64,000 bases of DNA from positions 63,099 to 127,098 of the forward strand of contig JAZTXH010000008.1 of assembly GCA_045636325.1 (NCBI GenBank). Reading direction: 5' to 3'. Positions 21,246 through 31,908 of this stretch are shown one piece after another. This DNA is from Clostridia bacterium. GTDB taxonomy: Bacteria > Bacillota > Clostridia > UBA1381 > UMGS1253. The notes beneath the pieces were generated by a model. The model did no database searches and had not been told where the DNA came from. It was given only the letters and a program-made list of their open reading frames with translations. How positions within the stretch are numbered: position 1 is the first letter of the stretch; each line of letters starts with the position of its first letter. Position numbers and translations under genes: made by a program.

Positions 21246-21290
21246 TCTCCTTTAGTTTTGTTTTAGGTGAGGAAGGTCTCGAACTCACCG
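21246..21290 (-). ncRNA. preQ1-I riboswitch
   Basis: Minus strand GGUGAG-UUCGAGACCUUC-CUCACC-UAAAACAAAACUAAAGGAG: P1 hairpin, A-rich tail, loop CCUU complementary to the SD AAGG; upstream of queT. Confidence 0.85.
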
Positions 21291-21478
21291 CATAATATTA
21301 TAGCATTAATCTTTGCAATATGCAATATATTTTTTCGGGTAAAAATCAATTTAGAGATATATTAAAAAAAATATAAGAAAATAATATTTAAAGGTTGCAA
21401 CCTTTAAAAAAATGTAGTATAATATAGGCATAATATTATAATGCTCGAATAGTGCATTAGCAAAGGAGTAGATTTTTT

Positions 21479-22132
21479 ATGGATAAAGAGCAAGTGCTTT
21501 CAAGAATTCAGGAGGTTGGTTTGGTAGCTGTTGTGCGTGCTACATCAGCAGAACAGGCAAAAAAGATTACAGATGCATGTATTAAAGCAGGTATTGCGGC
21601 TATTGAAATGACATTCACAGTTCCTGAAGCTGATAAAGTAATCAGAGAGGTTGCAAACACATATTCACCTGAAGAAATTATTCTTGGTGCAGGAACAGTT
21701 ATGGACTCAGAAACAGCAAGAATTGCAATTCTTGCAGGCGCACAGTACATAGTAAGCCCGTACTTTGACCCTGAAACAGCAAAGCTTTGTAACAGATACA
21801 GAGTTCCTTATATGCCCGGTGTTATGACAATTAAGGAAACAGTTGCTGCTATGGAAGCTGGCGCTGATATTATTAAGTTGTTCCCCGGTGATACATTAGG
21901 TCCGAAAATGGTTAAAGCTATTCATGGTCCAATTCCTTACGCAAAGATTATGCCTACAGGCGGCGTTGATGCAGATAATGTTGGCGAATGGATTAAAGCA
22001 GGTGTTGCTGCAGTTGGTGCAGGCGGAAGCCTTACAGCAGGTGCTAAAACAGGGGATTATGAAAGCATTACAACAATCGGTAAGAAATTTATTGCAAATA
22101 TTAAAGCTGCCCGTGAGGCACTTAAGAAATAA
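21479..22132 (+). CDS. eda: KDPG/KHG aldolase
   Basis: VAVVR, GAGTV, IVSP, KLFPG, MPTGGV. Confidence 0.93.
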   Translation: MDKEQVLSRIQEVGLVAVVRATSAEQAKKITDACIKAGIAAIEMTFTVPEADKVIREVANTYSPEEIILGAGTVMDSETARIAILAGAQYIVSPYFDPETAKLCNRYRVPYMPGVMTIKETVAAMEAGADIIKLFPGDTLGPKMVKAIHGPIPYAKIMPTGGVDADNVGEWIKAGVAAVGAGGSLTAGAKTGDYESITTIGKKFIANIKAAREALKK

Positions 22133-22160
22133 TTATAGTACATTTCAGGAGGATAATAAT

Positions 22161-23183
22161 ATGGCAAGAGTAATTACTTTTGGAGAAATAATGTTAAGAC
22201 TTGCACCAAATGGTTATTACAGATTCTTTCAAAATGACCAGATGCAAGCAACCTTTGGCGGTGGTGAAGCTAATGTTGCAGTATCACTTGCAAACTACGG
22301 TTTTGACAGCGCATATGTAACAAAACTTCCCAAGCACGCAATCGGTCAGGGTGCAGTTGACAGTTTAAGATATTTTGGCGTTGACACATCAAAGATTGTT
22401 CGTGGCGGCGACAGAGTAGGAATTTATTTTCTGGAAAAAGGTGCATCACAGAGAGGTTCTGTTTGTATTTATGACAGAGCTTATTCTGCAATTCAGCAGG
22501 CATCAAGAGAGGATTTCAATTGGGACAGCATTTTTGAAGGCGCAGACTGGTTCCATTTTACGGGAATTACTCCGGCACTTGGCGAAAATGTAGTTGAAAT
22601 CTGCAAGGATGCATGCAAGGCTGCAAAAGCTAAGGGCGTTAAAATTTCTTGTGACCTTAATTACAGAGGCAAGCTTTGGACAAGAAACGAAGCAAAAAAA
22701 GCTATGACAGAGCTTTGCCAGTATGTTGACGTTTGCATTTCTAACGAAGAAGATGCAAAGGATGTATTCGGCATTGAAGCTGAGGATACAGATATCTACG
22801 GCGGTAAGCTAAATCACGAGGGCTATAAGAGCGTTGCAAAACAGCTTGCTGACAAGTTTTGTTTTGAAAAGGTTGCAATAACACTTAGAAGCTCAATATC
22901 TGCAAATGATAACGATTGGGCAGGTATGCTTTATGACGGAGAAGGTTATTATTTCTCAAAATCATACCACTTACATATTGTTGACCGTGTTGGCGGTGGT
23001 GATTCATTCGGCGGTGGTTTGATTTACTCAATCCTTTCAGGTAAAAATTCACAAGAAACAATCGAATTTGCTGTTGCAGCATCAGCGTTAAAACATTCAG
23101 TTGAAGGTGACTATAACAGAGTTAGCGTTGCAGAAGTTGAAAAACTTGCAGGTGGTGATGGTTCAGGTCGTGTTCAGAGATAA
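22161..23183 (+). CDS. kdgK: 2-dehydro-3-deoxygluconokinase (PfkB family)
   Basis: FGEIMLRL, GGGEANVA, DLNYR, DRVGGGDSF; adjacent to eda. Confidence 0.9.
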   Translation: MARVITFGEIMLRLAPNGYYRFFQNDQMQATFGGGEANVAVSLANYGFDSAYVTKLPKHAIGQGAVDSLRYFGVDTSKIVRGGDRVGIYFLEKGASQRGSVCIYDRAYSAIQQASREDFNWDSIFEGADWFHFTGITPALGENVVEICKDACKAAKAKGVKISCDLNYRGKLWTRNEAKKAMTELCQYVDVCISNEEDAKDVFGIEAEDTDIYGGKLNHEGYKSVAKQLADKFCFEKVAITLRSSISANDNDWAGMLYDGEGYYFSKSYHLHIVDRVGGGDSFGGGLIYSILSGKNSQETIEFAVAASALKHSVEGDYNRVSVAEVEKLAGGDGSGRVQR

Positions 23184-23270
23184 TTTTATTTGAAAAAATT
23201 CATAATTAAAATAAAAACCCCGACATGCTTTAAATAAAAGCATGTCTGAGTTTTTGTGTTTCATATTTTA

Positions 23271-24134
23271 TTACTTATTTTCCGTACCATATTTTTCGTT
23301 ATACCATTCATTATAAAGTTGAGCATCTTCCGCAGCCTCATCTTTATCACGCTGGAATACTCCTATTGCACCAATATCATTTGGCTTAAGCGCTGAGAAA
23401 ACTTCGTCGTACGAATCCTTGATTTTCTGCTTTATCTGGTCTTCTGTCTTTCCGTCAAACATCTGACCGCCGGCAAAAATTTTGAATGCAATAACAGGCT
23501 TATTAACATCTTTTAAGGTGTTAAGCATTATGGGTCTGTCCTCGGGGACGAAGGTGAGAGCATCTTTTGTTTTACCTGTTAAAAATCCGCTGGGCTCGCC
23601 TTCTCTGCCGCGTCGTCCGTTCTGCATACAAGCCATATAAAAATCAACATTCCAGTTTTCTTCTTCGCACATTCTGATAACGTCGGGACGGTGCGTACCT
23701 ATACCTACGGGTACACCAAGCTCACGCCACAATTCAATGTTTTCTTTGATTTGGTCACAGTTTTTACTTTCAAAAAGATAATCTGTGGTTGTTCCTTGAT
23801 GGTATATACCGATTGTACCTTTTACCTCAGAAAGATAACGCATAGAAACCTTCTGATTCATTGGCATATAGGGCTGCCATATAAATTGCAGGTTGCCGCC
23901 GTCTTCATTATATTCCTTCAAAATTCTTACAATGTAAGGGTCAGCAAGGGGAAGCATAGTATTATATCCAAGCTCCTCAAGATGGCGGAATAGCTTCTTG
24001 CAATTTTCAGCTGTGTAATATTTAATCATATCAGAGCCTTTAATCTTGTGCGGAATATAGGAATGACCTGTCAAAGGGTTATCTCCTACAATAAGCTTTG
24101 AAACTGTTTTTCCAAAGAAATTTACATAATTCAT
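23271..24134 (-). CDS. uncharacterised protein, possible aldo/keto-reductase-like TIM barrel
   Basis: N-terminal VSKLIVGDNP and C-terminal KPVIAFKIFAGG resemble AKR-like barrel segments; RBS AGGAGG. Confidence 0.5.
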   Translation of the reverse strand: MNYVNFFGKTVSKLIVGDNPLTGHSYIPHKIKGSDMIKYYTAENCKKLFRHLEELGYNTMLPLADPYIVRILKEYNEDGGNLQFIWQPYMPMNQKVSMRYLSEVKGTIGIYHQGTTTDYLFESKNCDQIKENIELWRELGVPVGIGTHRPDVIRMCEEENWNVDFYMACMQNGRRGREGEPSGFLTGKTKDALTFVPEDRPIMLNTLKDVNKPVIAFKIFAGGQMFDGKTEDQIKQKIKDSYDEVFSALKPNDIGAIGVFQRDKDEAAEDAQLYNEWYNEKYGTENK

Positions 24135-24314
24135 ATAAACAACCTCCTGTTTTGTGTAAGAGCTTCATATGTTCGATTTCATTATAAAGTTTCGGAATGG
24201 ATTTTGCAAGAAAATATGTCATAAAAGCTGGCGAAAATGTCATGCTTAAAAAATGCTTTACAAATATAGATGTGTGTTATATAATGAATATATAAAGAAC
24301 AGCGAGGTGATAGT

Positions 24315-25139
24315 GTGCAGATAATCCAGGAAAAACAAAGAAATGAGATGAGCTGTAGGACATGGACGTTTGATAAAAGTCCTCATGGACTTAAATGGCA
24401 TAAAAACTGCGAAATGTTGTGCATCATCAGTCGTAAATGTTCATTTTTGATTGATGATGAAATTGTACATGCAAAAAAGGGAGATATAGTTTTTATTAAT
24501 GAGCATATTCCGCATAAATTTATAATTGAAGAAAGTGACACACAAATCAGATTAACTATATTTGATATAAAATCCGTTCTTAATCCTAATGTAAGGTTTG
24601 TTCCGTTAAAAAGACATATAACTTCTGAGGAAATATCACAAGTAGATGGGTTAAAGAATAAACTTGATACGATATTTAATCTTATAGAGCAAGAAGGCGA
24701 GTCTGAGAAAATAAAGGATAATCCCGTTATGCAGATGCTTATTGCGGCAATTTATTTTATACTTATGCGATATTTTCCTGCGACGGGCGAGCGTCATTTA
24801 AAAAAGCAGATTGCAGATTTTTATGAAGTTGTTGAATTTATAAACGAGCATTTTGAGGAGAATATCAACGTTAAAATACTGGCACGAAAGTTTTGCATGT
24901 CAAGAGAAAGGCTTTCTGCGATTTTTGTTAAATATGCTGATATGCGAGTAAATGATTATATAGACAATTTAAGAATTAATAAGGCAAACAAGATGCTTCT
25001 TGGCGGAAGCCGTATTGCAGAGGCGGCAATGGAATGCGGTTTTCAGAGTATACGAACATTTAACAGTACATATAAAAGAATTGTTGGACTTTCGCCTTCA
25101 GAATTTATAAAAGAAAATAGTAACAAAAAGGTTGAGTGA
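24315..25139 (+). CDS. AraC family transcriptional regulator
   Basis: Cupin-like N-terminus; C-terminal IAEAAMECGFQSIRTFNSTYKRIVGLSPSEF. Confidence 0.92.
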   Translation: MQIIQEKQRNEMSCRTWTFDKSPHGLKWHKNCEMLCIISRKCSFLIDDEIVHAKKGDIVFINEHIPHKFIIEESDTQIRLTIFDIKSVLNPNVRFVPLKRHITSEEISQVDGLKNKLDTIFNLIEQEGESEKIKDNPVMQMLIAAIYFILMRYFPATGERHLKKQIADFYEVVEFINEHFEENINVKILARKFCMSRERLSAIFVKYADMRVNDYIDNLRINKANKMLLGGSRIAEAAMECGFQSIRTFNSTYKRIVGLSPSEFIKENSNKKVE

Positions 25140-25405
25140 AAACGAAGTTGACAAAAAATGCTAACTAAAAAGTGTTAATATGATACTGTTTTTCATAAAA
25201 CATGTGATGATACGAAAGATTATATTAATGAGGATTCTTTATTAAACTCGATTTTTGTTGAACATGAGAGCCATGAATGGTATTCAGCAATGGAGCACAG
25301 AAAAAATGCAAAGCCTGACAATGCGTATTCGGAATAAATTATATATTTAATGAATACTATAAAAAGCATGTTTTTTTATTTAACACCGCTTTTTATAGTT
25401 TATTA

Positions 25406-25861
25406 TTAAGCTGTTATAGTATGCTTGTAAGTTTTTCGGTTATGGTGTGACTGATTTATCAACAATTCATTATATGCATTGATAAGTGTGTAAAGAGATG
25501 TGTTGTCAAGTTTAGATACATCGAGAAAAACAGATTTATTGCATTTGATTAAATCATTACAATAAATATTGCCTTCTCTCATATTTGTTAAGCCCAGCAT
25601 ATAATCTGCGGATACTCCGAAAAGGCAAGTGATTTTAAAGAAAATTGAAATATAAGGCATTCGAACCCCGTGTTCCCATGTGCACAAACAGCTTCTTGAG
25701 ACGTGAAGAATCTGAGACAGATGTGCTTGTGTATATCCTTTTTCCTTGCGTAATTGATTAAACCGCTTTGCAAATGTAACCTTGATTAATTCGTTGCATT
25801 CGCGGCGAGACAGAGAAGGAAAATTCTTTTTATTAAGGGGTGCTGATTTATCAGTATACAT
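25406..25861 (-). CDS. XRE family HTH protein
   Basis: LRKEKGYTQAHLSQILHVSRSCLCTWEHG...FGVSADYMLG. Confidence 0.8.
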   Translation of the reverse strand: MYTDKSAPLNKKNFPSLSRRECNELIKVTFAKRFNQLRKEKGYTQAHLSQILHVSRSCLCTWEHGVRMPYISIFFKITCLFGVSADYMLGLTNMREGNIYCNDLIKCNKSVFLDVSKLDNTSLYTLINAYNELLINQSHHNRKTYKHTITA

Positions 25862-26030
25862 ATAAAAACCTCCAAAACACAAATGATAAAAAATATTGAT
25901 GTTGATATAATAACATAAATATCGGCTTATTTCAAGAAATATTGTGCTTTTCTAATAAAAAAATTTTTCGTGTTGATTTTTGAAGAATATTAATGTATAA
26001 TATATAACGTATATTATAGGAAGGAGTGGA

Positions 26031-26561
26031 GTGTCTTTGAGTGAAATCAGCGGTGCTATAATTGAGTTTTTTCAGACTTCTTGTCCGCCATGGTTGTGTA
26101 CGCTTATTATTTCAATGATTCCTATTATTGAGCTGAGAGGCGCAATACCGGTTGCAATGTTTGCTTTAGGGATGCCGTGGTATTCGGCATTTTTGATTTC
26201 TGTTATAGGCAATGTTATTCCGATACCGTTTATAATATGGTTTATAAGACCAATATTTAACTGGCTTAAAAGATTTAAGCTTTTTGCTAAACTGATTTTG
26301 TGGCAGGAAAAGAAAGTTGAAAAGAATGCAGAAAAGGTTACAAAAAACGTTAAAAGAGGTTTGTTTGCCTTTGTCGCAATTCCGCTTCCGGGCACCGGAG
26401 CATGGACCGGATCTATGATAGCAAGCTTTTTAAACTTTGATAATAAAAAAGCTTTTTGGCCGATTACATTTGGCGTTATGGCGGCAGGTGTGATTATTAC
26501 AACAGTATGTATTTTAATTCAGTGCGGATTTTCCGGACTGGAATGGATTATAGGGAGATAA
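26031..26561 (+). CDS. small multi-drug export family membrane protein (COG2426-like)
   Basis: SMIPIIELRGAIP and FVAIPLPGTGAWTG motifs. Confidence 0.88.
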   Translation: MSLSEISGAIIEFFQTSCPPWLCTLIISMIPIIELRGAIPVAMFALGMPWYSAFLISVIGNVIPIPFIIWFIRPIFNWLKRFKLFAKLILWQEKKVEKNAEKVTKNVKRGLFAFVAIPLPGTGAWTGSMIASFLNFDNKKAFWPITFGVMAAGVIITTVCILIQCGFSGLEWIIGR

Positions 26562-26599
26562 GTAAAAGAGTACAAAAGAATGAATGTGAGGTATAGAAT

Positions 26600-27775
26600 A
26601 TGAGAAGATTATTTACATCTGAGTCTGTAACAGAAGGACATCCGGATAAAATAAGTGATTTAATATCAGATGCAATATTAGATGAGATTATATCAAAAGA
26701 CCCTTATGCACGTGTTGCATGCGAGGTTACTGTTACAACAGGTCTTGTTATGGTTGTGGGCGAAATAAGCACAACTGCTGAATTTGATGTGCAGTCAATA
26801 GTAAGAAAAACTATAAAAGAAACAGGTTATGACAGAGCCAAATACGGTTTTGACTGTGATACTTGTGCAGTTATTACAGCCCTTGATAAGCAGTCAGAGG
26901 ATATAGCTCTAGGAGTTGATAATTCACTTGAAACAAAAAATGGTGAAATGAGCTTTGAAAACGGTGCAGGTGACCAGGGTATGATGTTTGGTTATGCTTG
27001 TAATGAAACAGATGTGTTAATGCCTATGCCGATTTACCTTGCACATAAAATGGCACGCAGGCTTACTGAGGTAAGAAAAAGCGGTATGCTTTTATATTTG
27101 CGTCCTGACGGAAAAACTCAGGTTACAGTTGAGTATGAAGATGATAAACCAGTAAGAATTGACACGGTTGTTGTATCAAGCCAGCACGATGAGAAGGTTG
27201 AGCTTGATACAATAAGAAAAGATATTATAGAAAATGTTATCAAACCTATTTTGCCTGCAGGTCTTGCAGATGAAAACACAAAGTATTTCATCAATCCTAC
27301 AGGAAGATTCGTAATCGGTGGTCCTCAGGGCGACTCAGGTCATACAGGCAGAAAGATTATTGTTGATACCTATGGCGGTGTCGGCAGACACGGCGGCGGT
27401 GCATTTTCAGGTAAAGACCCCACAAAGGTTGACAGAAGCGCGGCATATGCTGCAAGATATGTTGCAAAAAATATTGTTGCGGCAGGTCTTGCAGATAAAT
27501 GTGAGATTCAGATTGCTTATGCGATTGGTGTAGCAAAGCCTGTTTCCGTTTTGGTTGAAACATTTGGCACTGCAAAAATTGCAGAAGAAAAGATTGCAGC
27601 GCTTGTTGAAAAACATTTCGACTTAAGACCCACAGCTATTATTGAAAAGCTTAAGTTGAGAAAACCCATATACAGGCAGACTGCAGCATATGGGCATATG
27701 GGAAGAGATGATATTTCACTTCCTTGGGAAGCTGTTGATAAGGCTGAAATTCTTAAAAGTGAAGCAGGAATTTAA
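26600..27775 (+). CDS. metK: S-adenosylmethionine synthetase
   Basis: [35 protein letters not shown]. Confidence 0.97.
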   Translation: MRRLFTSESVTEGHPDKISDLISDAILDEIISKDPYARVACEVTVTTGLVMVVGEISTTAEFDVQSIVRKTIKETGYDRAKYGFDCDTCAVITALDKQSEDIALGVDNSLETKNGEMSFENGAGDQGMMFGYACNETDVLMPMPIYLAHKMARRLTEVRKSGMLLYLRPDGKTQVTVEYEDDKPVRIDTVVVSSQHDEKVELDTIRKDIIENVIKPILPAGLADENTKYFINPTGRFVIGGPQGDSGHTGRKIIVDTYGGVGRHGGGAFSGKDPTKVDRSAAYAARYVAKNIVAAGLADKCEIQIAYAIGVAKPVSVLVETFGTAKIAEEKIAALVEKHFDLRPTAIIEKLKLRKPIYRQTAAYGHMGRDDISLPWEAVDKAEILKSEAGI

Positions 27776-27812
27776 TAGACAATAAAAAAATGCAAAAAAA
27801 TATAAAAAAGTG

Positions 27813-27935
27813 TTGACAATACCGCAAGTTTGTGGTATCATATATCAGTAAACCGCATAAGAACGGCTTTTTAAGTCTGCCCAAATTTTTGGGTAAGCGC
27901 CGGAATTAGCGTGACTTCATTTACAAGGAGGTGCG
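27813..27935 (+). promoter_or_regulatory. sigma-A promoter and probable L21 leader RNA
   Basis: TTGACA-17bp-TATCAT followed by a ~90-nt structured leader upstream of rplU. Confidence 0.6.
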
Positions 27936-27938
27936 ATT

Positions 27939-28247
27939 ATGTACGCAATTATTGAAACAGGCGGAAAGCAGTACAAAGTAGCAGAAGGTGACATCCTTTT
28001 TGTTGAAAAGCTTGACGTCGAGGTTGATGGTAGCTATACTTTTGATAAGGTTTTAGCTATCGGCGGTGATGAATTCAAAGCCGGTAATCCTGTTGTTGAA
28101 GGCGCAAGCGTAACAGCTAAGGTTTTAAAGCAGGGCAAAGATAAGAAAGTTATCGTTTTCAAGTTTAAGGCTAAAAAGAACTACCGTAAAAAGCAGGGTC
28201 ACAGACAGCCCTACACAAAAGTTCAGATTGAAAAGATTAATGGTTAA
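27939..28247 (+). CDS. rplU: 50S ribosomal protein L21
   Basis: [14 protein letters not shown]...GHRQPYT. Confidence 0.98.
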   Translation: MYAIIETGGKQYKVAEGDILFVEKLDVEVDGSYTFDKVLAIGGDEFKAGNPVVEGASVTAKVLKQGKDKKVIVFKFKAKKNYRKKQGHRQPYTKVQIEKING

Positions 28248-28288
28248 TAACTAATTTAATTTGTTTATGAAAGCAGAGGTGTTAATAC

Positions 28289-28543
28289 ATGGCACATAAG
28301 AAAGGTATGGGATCGACCAAAAATGGTCGTGATAGTGAATCCAAAAGATTAGGTGTAAAAAGAGCTGATGGTCAGTTTGTTACAGCTGGTAACATTTTGG
28401 TAAGACAGCGTGGCACAAAAATTCATCCCGGTAACAATGTTGCTATCGGTAGTGATGATACATTATTTGCCTTGATTGACGGAAAGGTTAAGTTTGAAAG
28501 AAAAGGCAGAGACAAGAAGCAGTGCAGCGTATATTCTGTATAA
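28289..28543 (+). CDS. rpmA: 50S ribosomal protein L27 (no N-terminal extension)
   Basis: [22 protein letters not shown]; GAGGTG RBS right before ATG. Confidence 0.98.
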   Translation: MAHKKGMGSTKNGRDSESKRLGVKRADGQFVTAGNILVRQRGTKIHPGNNVAIGSDDTLFALIDGKVKFERKGRDKKQCSVYSV

Positions 28544-28649
28544 TAATAAGACTCTCAGATATTTGCATCTGAGAGTTTTTATTTGAATTTTATTATCCGT
28601 TTTGCGGATATTAGTATATATAATATCAAAATTAAGCGAGGATAATTGT

Positions 28650-29927
28650 ATGTTTTTTGATACAGCCAAAATTTATGTAAAAGCAGGTAACGGCGGAAAT
28701 GGTGCGGTTTCTTTTCACAGGGAAAAGTATGTTGCAGCAGGCGGACCTGATGGTGGTGACGGTGGAAAGGGCGGCAATATCATTTTTGAAGTTGACAGCT
28801 CGGTTTCTACCTTAGTAGACTTCCGTTTTAAAAGAAAATATGTTGCAGAAAACGGCGAAGATGGCGGTGCTGCAAGATGTTTTGGAAAAGACGGAAAAGA
28901 CCTTGTTATAAAAGTTCCTGCAGGTACTCTTATAAGAGATTTTGAAACAGGAAGACTACTTGCAGATATGACACCTCCTAATGAACGTCAGATACTTTTT
29001 AAAGGCGGAAACGGCGGTTGGGGAAACACTCATTTTGCAACTGCGACACGACAGGTGCCAAGGTTTGCAAAACCAGGTATTAAAGGTGAAGAAAAAGAAT
29101 TAAAGCTTGAGCTTAAGTTGATTGCAGATGTTGGCCTTTTAGGATTTCCCAATGTGGGAAAATCTACGCTTCTTGCAAGCGTTACTGCAGCAAGACCGAA
29201 AATTGCAAATTATCATTTTACTACATTAGAGCCTAATTTAGGAGTTGTTGAGCTTAAAAATCTTGGCTCAGACGGAAGTTTTGTTATTGCAGATATACCC
29301 GGTCTTATTGAAGGCGCAAGTGAAGGTGTAGGGCTTGGACATGAGTTTTTACGCCATGTTGAGCGCACAAGGCTTTTAATACACATTGTAGATGTTTCGG
29401 GAATTGAAGGAAGAAATCCAATTGAAGATTTTGATGCAATAAATAAAGAATTATTTAATTATAATGATGTTTTGGCATCGAGACCGCAGATTGTGGCGGC
29501 AAATAAAACAGATATACTTCAGGCCCCTGAATTATATGAAGAATTTGTTTCTGAAATGAACAAGAGAGGTATTGAAGTTTTTGAAATTTCTGCTGCAACA
29601 CGAAAAGGTGTAAATGAGCTTATGAGCATGGTTGCGGCTAAATTAAAAACACTTCCGATCATTGAAAACTTTGAACCAGATCCTGTCTTAGAGGAAATTG
29701 AAGACTTGCCATTGTTTACTATACGACGTGAAAATGAAGCATATGTTGTGGAAGGTAACTGGATTGAGAATCTTGTTTGTTCCACAAATATGGCGGATGA
29801 CGAGTCGTTTAATTATTTCCAGAGAAGTTTAAGAAAACAAGGTGTTATAGAAGCTTTGGAAAAAGCGGGAATTAAAGAAGGCGATACTGTAAAAATGTAT
29901 GATTTGGAATTTGATTTTGTATTTTGA
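28650..29927 (+). CDS. obgE: GTPase ObgE
   Basis: Gly-rich Obg domain GGPDGGDGG, GFPNVGKS, DIPG, NKTD, C-terminal OCT domain. Confidence 0.97.
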   Translation: MFFDTAKIYVKAGNGGNGAVSFHREKYVAAGGPDGGDGGKGGNIIFEVDSSVSTLVDFRFKRKYVAENGEDGGAARCFGKDGKDLVIKVPAGTLIRDFETGRLLADMTPPNERQILFKGGNGGWGNTHFATATRQVPRFAKPGIKGEEKELKLELKLIADVGLLGFPNVGKSTLLASVTAARPKIANYHFTTLEPNLGVVELKNLGSDGSFVIADIPGLIEGASEGVGLGHEFLRHVERTRLLIHIVDVSGIEGRNPIEDFDAINKELFNYNDVLASRPQIVAANKTDILQAPELYEEFVSEMNKRGIEVFEISAATRKGVNELMSMVAAKLKTLPIIENFEPDPVLEEIEDLPLFTIRRENEAYVVEGNWIENLVCSTNMADDESFNYFQRSLRKQGVIEALEKAGIKEGDTVKMYDLEFDFVF

Positions 29928-29945
29928 TTACAGAGGGGATTATTA

Positions 29946-30239
29946 ATGATAACGAGTAAACAAAGAGCATATTTAAGAAAACTTGCAAATGGGATAGAAC
30001 CCATTTTTCAAATCGGAAAAGGTGGTCTTGGAGAAAATATTGTATTAGAGCTTGAGAATGTACTTGAGGCAAGAGAACTTATAAAAATTCATCTTTTGGA
30101 AACCTCATTTATGGATGCAAAAGAAACTTGCAATGAGCTTGCAAGGCTTTGCGGAGCTGAACCTGTTTCTGCAATTGGTTCTAAAATAGTGTTATATAAA
30201 GAATCTAAAAATAAAAAGACAATTGAATTACCTAGATAA
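29946..30239 (+). CDS. yhbY: CRM-domain RNA-binding protein YhbY
   Basis: TSKQRAYLR...IGKGG...ELIK. Confidence 0.93.
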   Translation: MITSKQRAYLRKLANGIEPIFQIGKGGLGENIVLELENVLEARELIKIHLLETSFMDAKETCNELARLCGAEPVSAIGSKIVLYKESKNKKTIELPR

Positions 30240-30250
30240 GAGGGGATTTT

Positions 30251-30853
30251 ATGGCTTTGTTTGGTTTGCTTGGTGGAACTTTTGACCCCATTCATAACGG
30301 GCATATTTATATTGGTAAGGAAGCAAAAAGTCAACTTAACTTGGATAAGATTATATATATACCAAACGGCACACCGCCTCATAAGGCAAAGGTTATATCA
30401 GACGGCTGTGACAGATTTAATATGACAGCTCTTGCGATACAAGGATTAGACGGATTTGCTGTTTCAGATTACGAAATAAAGAAAACAACACCGTCATACA
30501 GTGTGGAAACGGTTTCGTATTTTAAAAGAAAATATCCTGATGATGAGTTTGTGTTTATTATGGGTGAAGATTCGCTTGACTATATAGACAAATGGTATAA
30601 GCCGGAAGAACTTTTGAGTTTGTGTTGCTTTGCAGTGGTTATAAGAGGCGGATTTAAAGGTGATACAGAAGAAAAAATCCGTGTTTTAAAAGATAAATTT
30701 AACGCAGATGTTTCTTTTGTGAAATGTGAAGGAATTGAAATTTCATCAAGTGAAATCAGAGAAAGAATTGCAGACGGGAAAAACGTTGATAATTTTTTAA
30801 ACTCTGAAGTTATTATGTATATTAAAGAGCATGGATTGTATATAAGGAAGTGA
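30251..30853 (+). CDS. nadD: nicotinate-nucleotide adenylyltransferase
   Basis: GGTFDPIHNGH, PPHK, ISSSEIR. Confidence 0.95.
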   Translation: MALFGLLGGTFDPIHNGHIYIGKEAKSQLNLDKIIYIPNGTPPHKAKVISDGCDRFNMTALAIQGLDGFAVSDYEIKKTTPSYSVETVSYFKRKYPDDEFVFIMGEDSLDYIDKWYKPEELLSLCCFAVVIRGGFKGDTEEKIRVLKDKFNADVSFVKCEGIEISSSEIRERIADGKNVDNFLNSEVIMYIKEHGLYIRK

Positions 30854-30858
30854 CATAG

Positions 30859-31458
30859 ATGGACATTTCTCAAATAAAGAAAAAACTTCAGGAGAATTTA
30901 AAACCTTCAAGATTTGAGCATAGCATCGGAGTGATGGAAACCGCCGTAAAAATGGCAAAACGATTTGGTGTCGATGAAAAAAAAGCTATGATTGCAGGAC
31001 TTCTTCATGACTGCGCAAAATATATACCCGAGCAACAGGGATATGAGCTTTGCAGTGAATGGAAAATATCTTTAGACGAAATATCAAAAGAAAATTATGC
31101 AATTGTGCATCAGTATTTGGGGAGAAAAATTGCAAAAGATTATTATGGTATAACTGATGAAGAAATACTTGATGCAATAGAATGTCACGCAACAGGGAAG
31201 GCAGATATGTCTGTGCTTGAAAAAATAATATATATTTCGGATATGATTGAGCCTAACAGATTAAAAAATTCTTATGATGGATTAGGTAAATTGATTAAGC
31301 TTGCTTATGATGATTTGGATATTGCAATGCTTTTCGGTCTCGAAATTTCGTGCAGACACATATTTGATATTGGTAAACAGCTTCATATAGATACGGTAAG
31401 AGCAAGAAATTACATTTTATCCGAAAATATGAAAAAAATGCTTAAAAAAATTTTATAA
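30859..31458 (+). CDS. yqeK: HD-domain Ap4A hydrolase YqeK
   Basis: RFEHS, LLHDCAK, DMIEPNR; follows nadD. Confidence 0.92.
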   Translation: MDISQIKKKLQENLKPSRFEHSIGVMETAVKMAKRFGVDEKKAMIAGLLHDCAKYIPEQQGYELCSEWKISLDEISKENYAIVHQYLGRKIAKDYYGITDEEILDAIECHATGKADMSVLEKIIYISDMIEPNRLKNSYDGLGKLIKLAYDDLDIAMLFGLEISCRHIFDIGKQLHIDTVRARNYILSENMKKMLKKIL

Positions 31459-31532
31459 AACACTTGAAAAAATGCTAAATTTTATGTATTATAATATACG
31501 TTACAGTTATAACAAAAGAAACGGAGAAAAAT

Positions 31533-31883
31533 ATGGAACTGATTGATAAAGTTAAATATGTTGCAAAATGTTTTGATGATAAGAAAGCTCAAAATGTTGT
31601 TGCTTTGGAAATAGGTGAATTAACAAGTATAGCTGATTATTTTGTTATTGGGAGCGGTAATTCGGCTACGCAGGTTAAAGCTATAGCAGATGAAATTGAA
31701 GAAAAAATGGCAGAAGCAGGATTTGAGCCTGTGCATAAGGAAGGATATGGCGGTGGACTTTGGATTTTGCTTGACTATTCTGATGTTGTATGTCATATAT
31801 TCCATAATGAAACAAGAGAGTTTTATTCTATAGAAAGACTTTGGTCAGATGCACCTAAAATGGGTATAGATGAACTTTTATAA
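31533..31883 (+). CDS. rsfS: ribosome silencing factor
   Basis: DKKAQ, ADYFVI, WILLDY...YSIERLW. Confidence 0.95.
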   Translation: MELIDKVKYVAKCFDDKKAQNVVALEIGELTSIADYFVIGSGNSATQVKAIADEIEEKMAEAGFEPVHKEGYGGGLWILLDYSDVVCHIFHNETREFYSIERLWSDAPKMGIDELL

Positions 31884-31908
31884 ATAAAAGGGAGGGTGAG
31901 TAATCACT

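Noticed and set aside
25158-25337. Coding-like stretch after araC (VFHKTCDD...HESHEWYSAMEHRK), preceded in frame by ATG...TAA
   Set aside because: No recognisable family and no RBS; could be a gene remnant but cannot be supported from sequence alone.
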